The notes under the pieces were generated by a model that saw nothing but the letters and a program-made list of their open reading frames with translations, was not told the DNA's origin and did not search any database. This document shows positions 27,586 to 37,442 of a stretch of DNA of 64,000 nucleotides, one piece after another (position 1 is the first letter of the stretch; every line of letters starts with the position of its first letter). Location: NCBI GenBank assembly GCA_013153965.1, contig JAADDJ010000010.1, positions 17,443 to 81,442 on the forward strand, written 5' to 3'. The stretch comes from Thermotogota bacterium. GTDB lineage: Bacteria; Hydrothermota; Hydrothermia; LBFQ01. The translations under genes and the position numbers were made by a program.

Positions 27586-28980
27586 ATGAGCAAGATAAAG
27601 GAAGTTATAGCGAAAGTTAGGGAAACCTACGGGAACACCGAGAAGGAGTTTGTGCAGGCGGTGGAGGAGGTTTTGACGAGCCTGGAGCCCGTAGAGAAGA
27701 AGCATGAGGAGTTCACCCGCTGGAACATCTACGAGCGCATCGTAGAGCCCGACCGCGTCATAACCTTCAAGGTCACGTGGCAGGACGACCGGGGCCAGAT
27801 CCACGTCAATCGTGGATACAGGGTGGAGTTCAACGGGGCCATAGGTCCCTATAAAGGGGGACTGCGCTTCCGCAAGAGCGTGAATCTCGGCATCATCAAG
27901 TTCCTCGGCTTTGAGCAGATCTTCAAGAACGCTCTAACGGGCCTTCCCATGGGAGGCGGAAAGGGCGGCTCCGACTTTGATCCCCACGGAAAGAGCGACG
28001 AGGAGGTCATGAGGTTCTGCTACGCCTTCATGTCCGAGCTCTTCCGCCACATAGGCCCCTACACGGACGTCCCCGCCGGAGATATAGGTGTGGGCTCCCG
28101 CGAGGTGGGATACCTCTACGGCGCCTACAAGAAGCTCAAGAACGAGCACACCGGCGCTATAACCGGTAAGGACTACGAGTACGGTGGAAGCCTCATGAGG
28201 CCCGAGGCAACCGGGTACGGACTCCTGTACTTCACCGCCCATATGCTCAACGACCTCGGTCCGAAGGTGGGCATAAACGTTGAGGATCCCGACAGGCCCC
28301 TCAAGGGGCTCATCGTCGCCGTCAGCGGCGCCGGGAACGTGGCCCTGCACGCCATAGAGAAGGCGAACGAGATGGGCGGCAAGGTGGTCTTCGCCTCCGA
28401 CGCCTCCGGTGCCATATACGACGAGGCCGGAATCTCCGGCGAAAAGTTCCGCTTCCTCAAGGAGCTCAAGGAGATAAGGAGGGGTCGGATAAAAGAGTAC
28501 GCCGAGAAGTTCAACGTACCCTACTTTGAGGGTAAGTCCGTGTGGGACGTCATAGCCGAGAAGGGTATAAAGGTGCAGGTGGCTCTCCCCTCGGCGACCC
28601 AGAACGAGATAACCGGCAGGCACGCCGAGGCTCTGGTGAAGGTGGGGGTCAAGGTGGTGGCGGAGGGGGCCAACATGCCCTCAACTCCCGAGGCCATAAA
28701 GATATACAAGGATGCCGGTATCCTCTACGGCCCCGCCAAGGCCGCCAACGCCGGTGGCGTCGCCGTCTCCGGTCTGGAGATGTCGCAGAACGCCCAGCTT
28801 CTCCAATGGACGCGCGAGGAGGTGGATAACCGTCTGCGGGCCATAATGAGGCACATATACGAGGAGTCCAAGAACGCGGCCGAGGCCTACGGCCATCCCG
28901 GCGACCTCATGATGGGGGCCAACATAGCCGGATTCCTGAAGGTGGCCAAGGCCATGGTCGCCCTCGGCCTCTTCTACTGA
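27586..28980 (+). CDS. gdhA: NAD(P)-specific glutamate dehydrogenase
   Basis: GPYKGGLRF, GGGKGGSDFDP, DVPAGDIGVG, RPEATGYG, EGANMP, ANAGGVA. Confidence 0.96.
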   Translation: MSKIKEVIAKVRETYGNTEKEFVQAVEEVLTSLEPVEKKHEEFTRWNIYERIVEPDRVITFKVTWQDDRGQIHVNRGYRVEFNGAIGPYKGGLRFRKSVNLGIIKFLGFEQIFKNALTGLPMGGGKGGSDFDPHGKSDEEVMRFCYAFMSELFRHIGPYTDVPAGDIGVGSREVGYLYGAYKKLKNEHTGAITGKDYEYGGSLMRPEATGYGLLYFTAHMLNDLGPKVGINVEDPDRPLKGLIVAVSGAGNVALHAIEKANEMGGKVVFASDASGAIYDEAGISGEKFRFLKELKEIRRGRIKEYAEKFNVPYFEGKSVWDVIAEKGIKVQVALPSATQNEITGRHAEALVKVGVKVVAEGANMPSTPEAIKIYKDAGILYGPAKAANAGGVAVSGLEMSQNAQLLQWTREEVDNRLRAIMRHIYEESKNAAEAYGHPGDLMMGANIAGFLKVAKAMVALGLFY

Positions 28981-28996
28981 AAGAGATAGCAAGGTC

Positions 28997-29030
28997 AAAA
29001 AAGGAGGGGGGCCTGCGGCCCCCCTCTTTT
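28997..29030. terminator. Bidirectional intrinsic terminator between convergent gdhA and nuoC
   Basis: A-run, GAGGGGGGCC-tgc-GGCCCCCCTC stem, TTTT. Confidence 0.88.
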
Positions 29031-29046
29031 AAGTTCGGAGAATACT

Positions 29047-29535
29047 TCACTTGTTCGGTGGTAGGTCGGGCCACCTGCGCAGCTGGTAGTCCTTGCGCAG
29101 AGGGTGCCCATCAAACCCCTCCCAGAGGAGGATGCGCTCCAGATTGGGATGGCCGGCGAACTTTATACCGAACATATCATAGACCTCCCTCTCGTGCCAG
29201 TTCGCCCCCTTGTATATATGGGCGACCGATGGGACGCTCTCACCGTCATCCACGGCCACCTTGAACCGCACCCTGTCCCTGTGGTGTATGGAGTAGAGGT
29301 GATATACCACCTCAAACCTCTTGTCGTGGGGGAGGGAAGGCCCCCTCCATCCGAGATAATCAACGGCCGTTATATAGACGAAGAGATCATAACCCAAAAC
29401 CTCCTTGGCGAACTTCAGGACGTCGGTTATGGCCTCCCTCGCCACGTATATGGTGGGGAAGTCCTTCGTCTCCACCTCCGGCCCGACCTTGTCGCCGAAG
29501 TGGGCCTTGAGCGTGGGAAGTATGTTCCTACTCAT
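29047..29535 (-). CDS. nuoC: NADH-quinone oxidoreductase subunit C
   Basis: [47 protein letters not shown]. Confidence 0.93.
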   Translation of the reverse strand: MSRNILPTLKAHFGDKVGPEVETKDFPTIYVAREAITDVLKFAKEVLGYDLFVYITAVDYLGWRGPSLPHDKRFEVVYHLYSIHHRDRVRFKVAVDDGESVPSVAHIYKGANWHEREVYDMFGIKFAGHPNLERILLWEGFDGHPLRKDYQLRRWPDLPPNK

Positions 29536-30877
29536 AGTCGTTTCCCTCCGCTTGGTCGTAATCTCCCGCCTTTATATCCTCACCCTTGAAGACGCGGTTG
29601 ATGAAGGTGAAGGCCTTTCCGAGACGGATGTACAGCCAGTTGCTGTGGAGTCCGGGGAACATATCCGCCGGATACCCCACCGCCCCATCAAACTCCACAT
29701 ACACCAGATTCTCCCTGGCGAGACCCTTGTCAAGCAGAGTCTGCTTGAATCCCCTGTTGTGGGCCAGAAGGGTAAGCTCGTCCCTCTTACCCACATCTAT
29801 ATAGACCTTCGTGCTTTGGAATCCGGCCGCGTCCCTGCTTAGGGCGGTGTCTATGAGCGTTTGGGGATCGTGGAATGCCTTCCACGTACAGTAAGTCTCG
29901 GTGAGCGCCCTCTTCGTGAAGTTATCCGGGAGAGCCGGGTCAATACACGATGCCAGAGGCTTGCCAGCGGTGTCATAGGTGAAGGGGAATCGTACGCCGA
30001 CGCACAGCTTCATCCCGCGTATGGTGATGGTGTCAAGGAGAACCTCGCCGTTTATGGAATCCAGACCGTTGGGAGAGTAGAAGCAGTTCTCAATCACCCG
30101 CCAGTCGCTCGGATCCCTATAGGCCACCACGCGTGGGCTGAAGGCGGCGGAGAGACCGTTTCCGAGCGTGGCCCATCTCCTCTCGTAGCCGAGATAGTCC
30201 TTTATCCAGAGGGGAAGCCGCCCGTCGTCAAAATCCGAGAGCATGCTGTCTATGATATCCACGTTTATGAGGGAGTCAAAGGCCAGAGGACCCGAGTGCA
30301 GAGCGACGGCAACGAATTTACCGGGGTACTTTAGCCACAGCTTGGAAGAGCCGTAGGAGCCCATGGACAGTCCCATTATGGCCCTCCTGGTGGTATCCAC
30401 CGGGTAGGTGCGCTCCACCTGGGCCATCAGGCTATCCATTATGAAGGTCTCGTACTTTCCGAAGACCGTCGGTATGAGGGTGGAGTCGTAGGAGTTGGTG
30501 GAGGGTATGTACAGGTGGCTGTTGGTGTAGAAGGAGCCGCCCACGAGGTTGCGCCCGTCGGGCATCACGACTATGACCGGGTCCATCTGACCCGTTGATA
30601 TCATATAGTCAAGTATCTCATGGACGCCGTTGAAATACACGTAAGTCTTGTAGTCCCCTCCGAAACCGTGAAGAAGGTATATCACGGGATACTTGCCGTT
30701 CGGGTCGTAATTGGGGGGTAGGTATATCAAGGCCTTGGGGGTGATTATCCCCATCGTGGGGTCCACGGCCACGGAGAATTCCTCAACCGTCCCACTCTGG
30801 ATGGTTATCTCCTCGGTTTTCTTACACCCTTGGAGTAGGAGGAACCCTACGAACAGAGCCAAAACCACTTTCCGCAT
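29528..30877 (-). CDS. Esterase-family alpha/beta hydrolase lipoprotein
   Basis: Lipobox [24 protein letters not shown] nucleophile elbow. Confidence 0.85.
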   Translation of the reverse strand: MRKVVLALFVGFLLLQGCKKTEEITIQSGTVEEFSVAVDPTMGIITPKALIYLPPNYDPNGKYPVIYLLHGFGGDYKTYVYFNGVHEILDYMISTGQMDPVIVVMPDGRNLVGGSFYTNSHLYIPSTNSYDSTLIPTVFGKYETFIMDSLMAQVERTYPVDTTRRAIMGLSMGSYGSSKLWLKYPGKFVAVALHSGPLAFDSLINVDIIDSMLSDFDDGRLPLWIKDYLGYERRWATLGNGLSAAFSPRVVAYRDPSDWRVIENCFYSPNGLDSINGEVLLDTITIRGMKLCVGVRFPFTYDTAGKPLASCIDPALPDNFTKRALTETYCTWKAFHDPQTLIDTALSRDAAGFQSTKVYIDVGKRDELTLLAHNRGFKQTLLDKGLARENLVYVEFDGAVGYPADMFPGLHSNWLYIRLGKAFTFINRVFKGEDIKAGDYDQAEGNDYE

Positions 30878-30932
30878 AGGCCGGAATTATAGCCGTGAAA
30901 TTGGGTCTGCTATGCACCGTTAGAATCTTCCC

Positions 30933-32273
30933 TTGGCGAAGATATACGAGGCTACCCTTTCGGGATGGGGAAACTACCCCAAAGCCAAGGGGAAGGTCGT
31001 CGTACCCTTCGGCATCAGCGACCTGAGAGGCTCCATCCTCCCCACGATAATTCCGCGGGGCCTCGGACGCTCCTACGCGGACCAGTCCATCAACGAGGGG
31101 GGGTACGTTCTGGATATGAGGCCCCTCGGTCGCTTCCTATCCTTCAACGGGGAGCGGGGACTCCTGCGGGCGGAGGCGGGCGTATCCTTGGATGAGGTCT
31201 TAAAGGTCTTCATCCCCAGAGGGTGGTTCCCCTACATCACGCCGGGGACGAAGTACGTCACCTTGGGAGGGATGGTCGCGAGCGACGTGCATGGTAAGAA
31301 TCACCACCGGGAGGGCTCCATATCGGAGCATATAGCCTCCCTGACCCTGCTGACTCCCTCGGGAGAGAGGCTCAATCTCACGCCGAACGACGAGGAGTTC
31401 TGGGCCACCGTGGGCGGTATGGGATTGACGGGTATCATCCTTGAGGTGGAGATGAGGATGCGACCTATAGAGACCTCCTACATCACCTACCGTTCCGTGC
31501 GCGTCAGGAACATAGATGAGATGCTCGCCGTCTTTGATGATAACGACCCCTATTACACGTACTCCGTGGCATGGATAGACTGCCTATCCTCGGGGAAGAA
31601 TCTGGGGCGGGGTGTGGTCATGTTCGGGGAGCACGCTCGGCTCTCCGAACTTCCGAAATCGCTGGCCCGGAAGCCCCTCTTCTACAGGCGGAAGCTGAAG
31701 GTGCGCTTTCCCATATGGGCTCCATCCTTCCTCCTCAACGACCTGACCATGGCCGTATTCAACTGGCTCTACTACACCACCCATCCCCCGTACGAGGGCT
31801 TCGTGGATTATGAGCGATTCTTCTACCCCTTGGATGCCATAGACGACTGGAATAGGGCCTACGGGAGGAGGGGTTTCATCCAGTTCCAGTTCGTCGTACC
31901 GGAGTCCGACACGATGGTGCGTGTTCTGGAGAGGATAGTGAAGCACGGGGGTGGGTCCTTCCTGGCGGTCCTCAAGAGGATGGGGAAGCAGCGGGGATAC
32001 CTGCCCTTCGGGATGCCGGGTTGGACTTTGGCCCTTGACTTCCCGATAAAGCCCGGCCTCTTTGATTTCCTAAAGCCCTTAATGAGGGATATAGTGGCAC
32101 AGGGGGGAAGGTTCTACCTGACCAAGGATGCCCTCATGGACGGGGAGATATTCCGGGCCTCTTACCCCGACTTCCCCAAGTGGTACGAGATCCGCCGCCG
32201 CTTGGATCCCGAGGGGGTTCTATCGTCCAACTTGGCCCGGCGGTTGGGTATGGACTCCCCATCGGGGATATAA
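30933..32273 (+). CDS. FAD-binding oxidoreductase, DprE1-like
   Basis: LSGWG, RGLGRSY.D, TPGTKYVTLGG.VASDVHGKNHH, FFYPLD...WNR.YG.RGF.Q.Q, SFLAVLK, YLTKD. Confidence 0.88.
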   Translation: MAKIYEATLSGWGNYPKAKGKVVVPFGISDLRGSILPTIIPRGLGRSYADQSINEGGYVLDMRPLGRFLSFNGERGLLRAEAGVSLDEVLKVFIPRGWFPYITPGTKYVTLGGMVASDVHGKNHHREGSISEHIASLTLLTPSGERLNLTPNDEEFWATVGGMGLTGIILEVEMRMRPIETSYITYRSVRVRNIDEMLAVFDDNDPYYTYSVAWIDCLSSGKNLGRGVVMFGEHARLSELPKSLARKPLFYRRKLKVRFPIWAPSFLLNDLTMAVFNWLYYTTHPPYEGFVDYERFFYPLDAIDDWNRAYGRRGFIQFQFVVPESDTMVRVLERIVKHGGGSFLAVLKRMGKQRGYLPFGMPGWTLALDFPIKPGLFDFLKPLMRDIVAQGGRFYLTKDALMDGEIFRASYPDFPKWYEIRRRLDPEGVLSSNLARRLGMDSPSGI

Positions 32274-32283
32274 TCTCCCCCTT

Positions 32284-32406
32284 ATGAGCCTTGATGCTCT
32301 GCTCATGATGCTCTTCGCATGGTCGGTGGTGACGGCCATGTTCGTCTGGAGCATGTACATGATTCTCTTCAAAGGAGAGGGATGGGATGGCGAAGAGGAA
32401 GAGTAA
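32284..32406 (+). CDS. 40-aa single-TM small protein
   Basis: TATAAT 9 nt upstream; MSLDALLMMLFAWSVVTAMFVWSMYMILFKGEGWDGEEEE; overlaps topA start. Confidence 0.65.
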   Translation: MSLDALLMMLFAWSVVTAMFVWSMYMILFKGEGWDGEEEE

Positions 32407-34096
32407 GAAAGGCGAAGGTAAGGAGAAGGAGACGAAGGCCAAGGGAAAACCGCTGCTTCTGGTTGAGTCCCCCACCAAGGCCCGCACCCTCGCCCAGTAC
32501 CTGCGGGGCAAGTTCGTGGTCTTAGCCAGCAAGGGCCACGTGAAGGACCTCCCTCCCAAGGAGTTGGGGGTGGATCTGGAGACATTCCAACCCAAGTATC
32601 AGGTCATAAAGGGCAAGGGAAAGACTCTGGCCTTCATAAAGAAGGTGGCCAAGGAGAGTGATTACATCCTCATAGGTAGCGACCCCGACCGGGAGGGAGA
32701 GGCCATAGCGCACCATCTGGCAGAGGAGCTCAAAAAGCTCAAGAAACCCATAAAGCGGGTCCTCTTCTACGAGATAACTCCGGAGGCCGTCCGTGAGGCC
32801 GTTGAGAATCCGACCGATATAGACCCCAAGAAGGTGGAAGCCCAGAAGGCCCGTCGCGTCCTTGACCGGCTGGTAGGATACCTGATAAGCCCTATCCTAT
32901 GGAAGAAGATAAAAGGCTGGGGGCTGTCGGCCGGCAGGGTTCAGACGGCCGCCCTCCGCCTGATAGTTGAGAGAGAGAGGGAGATAAGGGAGTTCGTACC
33001 CGAGCCCTTCTGGCACATATACGCCCACTTCAAGGAGCCGGGCGAGTTCGTCGCCAAGACGGCCAAGTACGAGGATAAGGAGAGGGCGCAGGAGGATTTC
33101 TCCAAGGTGAAAGATGCCCCCTTCGTCGTAGTAGAGTTTTCAAAGGAGGAGGGTAAGGCCAACCCTCCCCCGCCGCTCAAGACATCCACCCTCCAGCAGG
33201 AAGCCCACAGGCACCTCGGCTTCTCGGCCGAGAGGACCATGCAGTTGGCTCAGAAACTCTTTGAAGGTGTGGAGATTGACGGGAAGAGGGTGGGTCTGAT
33301 AACCTACCACCGCACCGACTCAACCCGACTATCGCGCAAGGGTGTAAATCTCCTGCGCAAGTACATCAGGGAGAACTTCCCCAAGGAGTACCTACCCGCC
33401 AGAGGGAGGACCTACGGACGCGACAGGGGGAACGTTCAAGGCGCCCACGAGGCCATCCGGCCCACCTATCCGAGCATTACCCCCGAATCCCTTCGGGGCA
33501 AGATTGACGAGGATATGCTCAAGCTGTACGACCTCATATGGCGTCGGGCTTTGGCCAGCCAGATGGCACCGGTGAGATACGAGAAGCGTAGGGCGGTCCT
33601 TTCGGCCGAAGGCGTGGAGTTCGTCGCCGAGGGCCTGAGGATCCTCTTCCCCGGATGGTCGGAGGTTTGGCCCTACAACGTCAAGGAGGGGGAGCTGCCG
33701 GACCTACGCGAGGGTCAGATTCTCAAACCGGAGAAGGTGGAGCTGGTTGAGGATGAGACGAAACCGCCCGCCCGCTACACCCAAGCCAGCCTCATAAAGG
33801 AGCTGGAGAGGAGGGGAATAGGACGACCATCCACCTACGCCACCATCATCTCCACCCTCTTCAAGCGCCGGTACATTTACCGACGCGGCAAAGCTCTGGC
33901 CCCCACGGAGAGGGGAGAGAAGGTTCTGGACGAGCTGCTCAAGTACTTCAAGGACCTATTTGATTACGGATTCACGGCCAAGATGGAGGAAGATTTGGAC
34001 CGTATAGAGGAGGGCAAGGAGACCTACGACCACCTGATAAGGGAGTTCTACACGGAGCTGGAGCCGAAGCTGAAGGAGGCCGAGGGTGAATCCTGA
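32387..34096 (+). CDS. topA: DNA topoisomerase I (type IA), no C-terminal Zn ribbons
   Basis: VESPTKA, GHVKDLP, DPDREGE, SAGRVQ, ITYHRTDS, AHEAIRPT, GIGRPSTYA. Confidence 0.95.
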   Translation: MAKRKSKKGEGKEKETKAKGKPLLLVESPTKARTLAQYLRGKFVVLASKGHVKDLPPKELGVDLETFQPKYQVIKGKGKTLAFIKKVAKESDYILIGSDPDREGEAIAHHLAEELKKLKKPIKRVLFYEITPEAVREAVENPTDIDPKKVEAQKARRVLDRLVGYLISPILWKKIKGWGLSAGRVQTAALRLIVEREREIREFVPEPFWHIYAHFKEPGEFVAKTAKYEDKERAQEDFSKVKDAPFVVVEFSKEEGKANPPPPLKTSTLQQEAHRHLGFSAERTMQLAQKLFEGVEIDGKRVGLITYHRTDSTRLSRKGVNLLRKYIRENFPKEYLPARGRTYGRDRGNVQGAHEAIRPTYPSITPESLRGKIDEDMLKLYDLIWRRALASQMAPVRYEKRRAVLSAEGVEFVAEGLRILFPGWSEVWPYNVKEGELPDLREGQILKPEKVELVEDETKPPARYTQASLIKELERRGIGRPSTYATIISTLFKRRYIYRRGKALAPTERGEKVLDELLKYFKDLFDYGFTAKMEEDLDRIEEGKETYDHLIREFYTELEPKLKEAEGES

Positions 34097-34315
34097 TCAC
34101 CCCACGGACACAATCTTACTTCTACTCCTCATCCCCCGCACTATACGCAGGGAAGACTTGGGGACATTGAGATAATCCGCCAGAACATCCAAAAGCTCGT
34201 CGTTGGCCCTTCCCTCACGGGCGGGAGCCTTGACCCACACGACCAGTGTGTCCCCCTCCTCCACCACCTTTGAGCGCTTGGAGTTGGGTTTCACCTTAAC
34301 CTTCAGGAGCCTCAA
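34097..34315 (-). CDS. DUF167/YggU family protein
   Basis: VKVKPNSK, VKAPAREGRAN, GMRSRSK; TTG start in TTGA overlap. Confidence 0.88.
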   Translation of the reverse strand: MRLLKVKVKPNSKRSKVVEEGDTLVVWVKAPAREGRANDELLDVLADYLNVPKSSLRIVRGMRSRSKIVSVG

Positions 34316-35133
34316 TCCTTCATCCCTCCGCGGGCATAGACTTCGGTTATCTGCCTCTGGAATATGGCGAACACCACGAGCGCCGGCAGAGCGCTCAGGA
34401 AGGAGGCGGCCATGAGGGCCGGATAGTTGGATACCTCCCCCTGCGAGAAGTAAGCCACGGCCAGCTGGATGGGGCGGAGATTCTTGTCCGAGACCACCAG
34501 AAGCGGCCACAGAAAGGAGTTCCACGTATATACGGCGCTAAAGACTATTACGGTTATCAGAACGGGTTTCACCACCGGTATGGCCACCTTCAGGAGGAAC
34601 GTCAAGTCGTTGCCCCCATCCACGTATATGGCATCCCTCAACTCTCTGGGGATGCTGCGGAAGGCCTGCCGCAGAAGGAAGATGGAGTATATGTTTGCCA
34701 TCCACGGCACGACGAGACCGGCGAAGGTATCTACCATGCCCAACTTCTGGACCACGATGAAGAGCTGGAGGATGAATACGGGCATGGGGATGGAGGCCAG
34801 AACGAGGAGGATTGAGAACAGGACCTCGCGACCCTTGAAGTCAATCCAAGAGAAGGCGTACGCCGCCAACGTGGAGGTGATAACCTCCCCGCTGACGATA
34901 AAGAGGATCATGCCCAGCGTCACGAGGACGCTCATGCCGAGATTGAGCTTGGTGAAGACGAGTCGGTAAGCCTCAAAGGTTATCTCCTTGGGCCAGAGGG
35001 TGGGTGGGAAGAGTATGGCCTCTGCCTGCGTCTTGAGGGACGTGATGAACATCCAGTAGAAGGGGAAGAATGTAAATATGAGGAGCAGTAAGGCCCCACC
35101 GCCCACTATAAGGAATTTGAAGTGCCTACCCAC
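34312..35133 (-). CDS. Carbohydrate ABC transporter permease (MalG/UgpE type)
   Basis: PFYWMFITSLK, AAYAFS, FLLRQAF..IP.EL.DA..DG, WNSFLWP. Confidence 0.92.
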   Translation of the reverse strand: MGRHFKFLIVGGGALLLLIFTFFPFYWMFITSLKTQAEAILFPPTLWPKEITFEAYRLVFTKLNLGMSVLVTLGMILFIVSGEVITSTLAAYAFSWIDFKGREVLFSILLVLASIPMPVFILQLFIVVQKLGMVDTFAGLVVPWMANIYSIFLLRQAFRSIPRELRDAIYVDGGNDLTFLLKVAIPVVKPVLITVIVFSAVYTWNSFLWPLLVVSDKNLRPIQLAVAYFSQGEVSNYPALMAASFLSALPALVVFAIFQRQITEVYARGGMKD

Positions 35134-35788
35134 CGAAGACCTCCCTGTACATATCCTTCAGCGTTTCCCTCCGGGACGTTCCCAAGGTGATCCTACCGTC
35201 CTTGAGGAAGACGAAGCGGGTGGCGAAGTTGGCCAGCTCGTCTATCTGGTGGGATGTGAATAGGAAGGTCCTATCCCTACGCCTCTCCAACATCCGCAGA
35301 ACCTTCTCCCTGAGGACGAAGTCCAGCGCCGACAGGGGCTCATCTACGAGGTACATGGGCACGTCCTTGGCCATCCCCAGAGCCACACGCACCAGCATCC
35401 TCTGGCCCTTTGAGAGCTCCCCGTACTTCCGCGTCCTCGGTATCCCCGATATGCCGAGGAACTCCCACAGGTACTCCATGTCCATCCTCCAGAAGCGGGA
35501 GGAGAAGGATGCTATGTATCCCACACTGAAACCCTCGTAGAGATTGTCGTTCTCGCTCACGTAGGATATGACGGACCTGCTCGCGGCCGATGGGACCCTG
35601 CGTCCCATCACCGATATCTCGCCCGCTTGGAACGGCTCAACGTTCGCTATCACCTTCAGGAGCGTACTCTTACCGTACCCGTTGGGAGCCAGAAGGAAGA
35701 CCCTCTCCCCCTCCTCCACGTCCATATCCAAACCCCTCAGGACGGGCTTACGACCGTAAGTCTTGTAAAGGCCCCGAATCTTTAGCAC
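35126..35788 (-). CDS. ABC transporter ATP-binding protein (ABC-2 type)
   Basis: APNGYGKST, LSKGQ, VDEP, TSH; GTG start 9 nt after TATAAT. Confidence 0.88.
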   Translation of the reverse strand: MLKIRGLYKTYGRKPVLRGLDMDVEEGERVFLLAPNGYGKSTLLKVIANVEPFQAGEISVMGRRVPSAASRSVISYVSENDNLYEGFSVGYIASFSSRFWRMDMEYLWEFLGISGIPRTRKYGELSKGQRMLVRVALGMAKDVPMYLVDEPLSALDFVLREKVLRMLERRRDRTFLFTSHQIDELANFATRFVFLKDGRITLGTSRRETLKDMYREVFGG

Positions 35789-35828
35789 CGGTACGCTATT
35801 ATACCGGCGACGCGCACCCTCCACCGAT

Positions 35829-35855
35829 AAAAAAAGGGGGGCCGGAGGCCCCCCT
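35829..35855 (-). terminator. Intrinsic terminator of the lipoprotein operon
   Basis: AGGGGGGCC-gga-GGCCCCCCT stem with a U-run on the minus strand. Confidence 0.85.
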
Positions 35856-35873
35856 CGGTTGTATGCGACGCGA

Positions 35874-36644
35874 TTACATCTTCAGCCAGCGGAGACCCTT
35901 GACGTTGTGCTGGATGTAGATGGTGAAGTCGGCGGTGTAGCCCGTGCCGGAGGAGGAGAGGTTGGAGACCTTCACGCCACCGAAGTAGTCGTTCTCGTCC
36001 ATCTCGCCGTAGCCGGTGGCGGTGTTGTCGGCCCAGAAGAAGTAGAAGCCACCGTCAGCCACGGCACGGCCGGTGGCGTAGTTTCCGGGATCGGGGGCGA
36101 GGTCGCCGGTCATGTTGTCGGAGAAGGCCAGCTCCATCTTGGCCTGGCCGACGGAGGTGGCGGAGGCATCACGGATCTCGGGAGTGCCGCTGTTGTTGTA
36201 GAGGACGAAGTAGCCGGTGTTGGCCTCGGCCACATCAACGTCGCTCTGCTGGATGGCGTTGAGGGTGGGATTATCGCCGAAGGTGATCTTAACCCAAGAG
36301 TTGCCGGTGAGGTCGTGGGAGACTATGTCCGTGACGGAGCCCTCCCAAGGGGTGAGGTCAAAGGGCGTCTTGGTGCCTCCGGCGTCTATGTATATCATGG
36401 AATAGACACCATCGGCGCCGGCGAGGGTGTAGGTGGTGTCGTTGGTCGTGGCTATAACGTTCTGATTCTCGTCCAAGATCTTGTACTCGCTCACCCCCTC
36501 AACGGACGTCCAGGTGAGCTTGAGGTCAGCGCCGTTGTTCACGGCCTCAGCCGTGATATCAACGTTGCCGCTTCCGCCGCCATTACAACCGCCGATAACC
36601 AGAGCACCGACGGCTATGGGTAAAAGCAGATAGAACCTTTTCAT
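35874..36644 (-). CDS. Acidic beta-rich lipoprotein of unknown function
   Basis: SD AAGGAGGTG; lipobox IGGC; strongly C-ending codons. Confidence 0.8.
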   Translation of the reverse strand: MKRFYLLLPIAVGALVIGGCNGGGSGNVDITAEAVNNGADLKLTWTSVEGVSEYKILDENQNVIATTNDTTYTLAGADGVYSMIYIDAGGTKTPFDLTPWEGSVTDIVSHDLTGNSWVKITFGDNPTLNAIQQSDVDVAEANTGYFVLYNNSGTPEIRDASATSVGQAKMELAFSDNMTGDLAPDPGNYATGRAVADGGFYFFWADNTATGYGEMDENDYFGGVKVSNLSSSGTGYTADFTIYIQHNVKGLRWLKM

Positions 36645-36660
36645 GACTTTCACCTCCTTT

Positions 36661-36951
36661 TTACTTTACCTTTATAGGCTTGGGCGAGGTCGTGGGCTTC
36701 GTCGTGCTCCCGCCCGTCGTCTTGGTAGTGGTCTTCTCGTGCTCCTCCGCCTCCTCGTTCATCAGCTCATTGACCTTCGCCTGCAGGTCGTTCAGCTTGG
36801 CCTCAAAGGAATCCACCTTGGCGCGCAGGTCCTCAACGAGAGCGAGCTTCTGATCTATCTCATCCAGCTTCTGCTGGATGTTCGCCTGATTACATCCCGC
36901 GAAGGCTATGACCGTGCCCGTCATTGCGAGGAATGCTATCTTCCTTATCAT
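36661..36951 (-). CDS. Small coiled-coil lipoprotein (Lpp/OprI-like architecture)
   Basis: Lipobox FAGC, heptad repeats, Thr/Lys-rich tail ending in Lys. Confidence 0.75.
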   Translation of the reverse strand: MIRKIAFLAMTGTVIAFAGCNQANIQQKLDEIDQKLALVEDLRAKVDSFEAKLNDLQAKVNELMNEEAEEHEKTTTKTTGGSTTKPTTSPKPIKVK

Positions 36952-36998
36952 GAGGCGGTATTTTATAGGTGAATCTGGGGGCCGTGTGTGAAAAGTTT

Positions 36999-37442
36999 TT
37001 AACCTGTAATTTTAAGTATCAGATTCACCGGCCCATCGTTGATACTGAAAATCCGCATATGACTTCCGAACTCTCCCCGTTTCGTCTTCACCATCTCCGC
37101 CAAGAGCCCGTAAAGATTTAGAAACATCCTCCGGGCCACGTCCGGGGACTCCGCGCCTCCGAAGCTCGGACGATTCCCCTTTCGCGTGTCGCCCGCTAAG
37201 GTGAAGTTCGGTATGAGGAGGACCTCCCCCCCAACGTCCCTGACCGATAGGTTCATCTTACCGTCGGCGTCCTCAAATACCCTCAGATGTGCAACCTTCC
37301 GTGCTATCTTCTCCGGCACGTGCTCCGGATCCCCCCTCTGGAAGCCGACGAATACCAGAAGGCCCCTACCTATTGATCTCCTCTCGCCGTCGGGGAGGAT
37401 GACGGCGGCTTCCGACACCCTCTGAACCAACACCACGGCCAT
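36999..37442 (-). CDS. dtd: D-aminoacyl-tRNA deacylase
   Basis: VQRVSEA, LRVFED..GKMNLS, NFTL, KGNRPSF, NDGPV. Confidence 0.95.
   Translation of the reverse strand: MAVVLVQRVSEAAVILPDGERRSIGRGLLVFVGFQRGDPEHVPEKIARKVAHLRVFEDADGKMNLSVRDVGGEVLLIPNFTLAGDTRKGNRPSFGGAESPDVARRMFLNLYGLLAEMVKTKRGEFGSHMRIFSINDGPVNLILKITG

Noticed and set aside
32387..34096. Reverse gyrase
   Set aside because: No helicase-like domain; size and other motifs fit TopA
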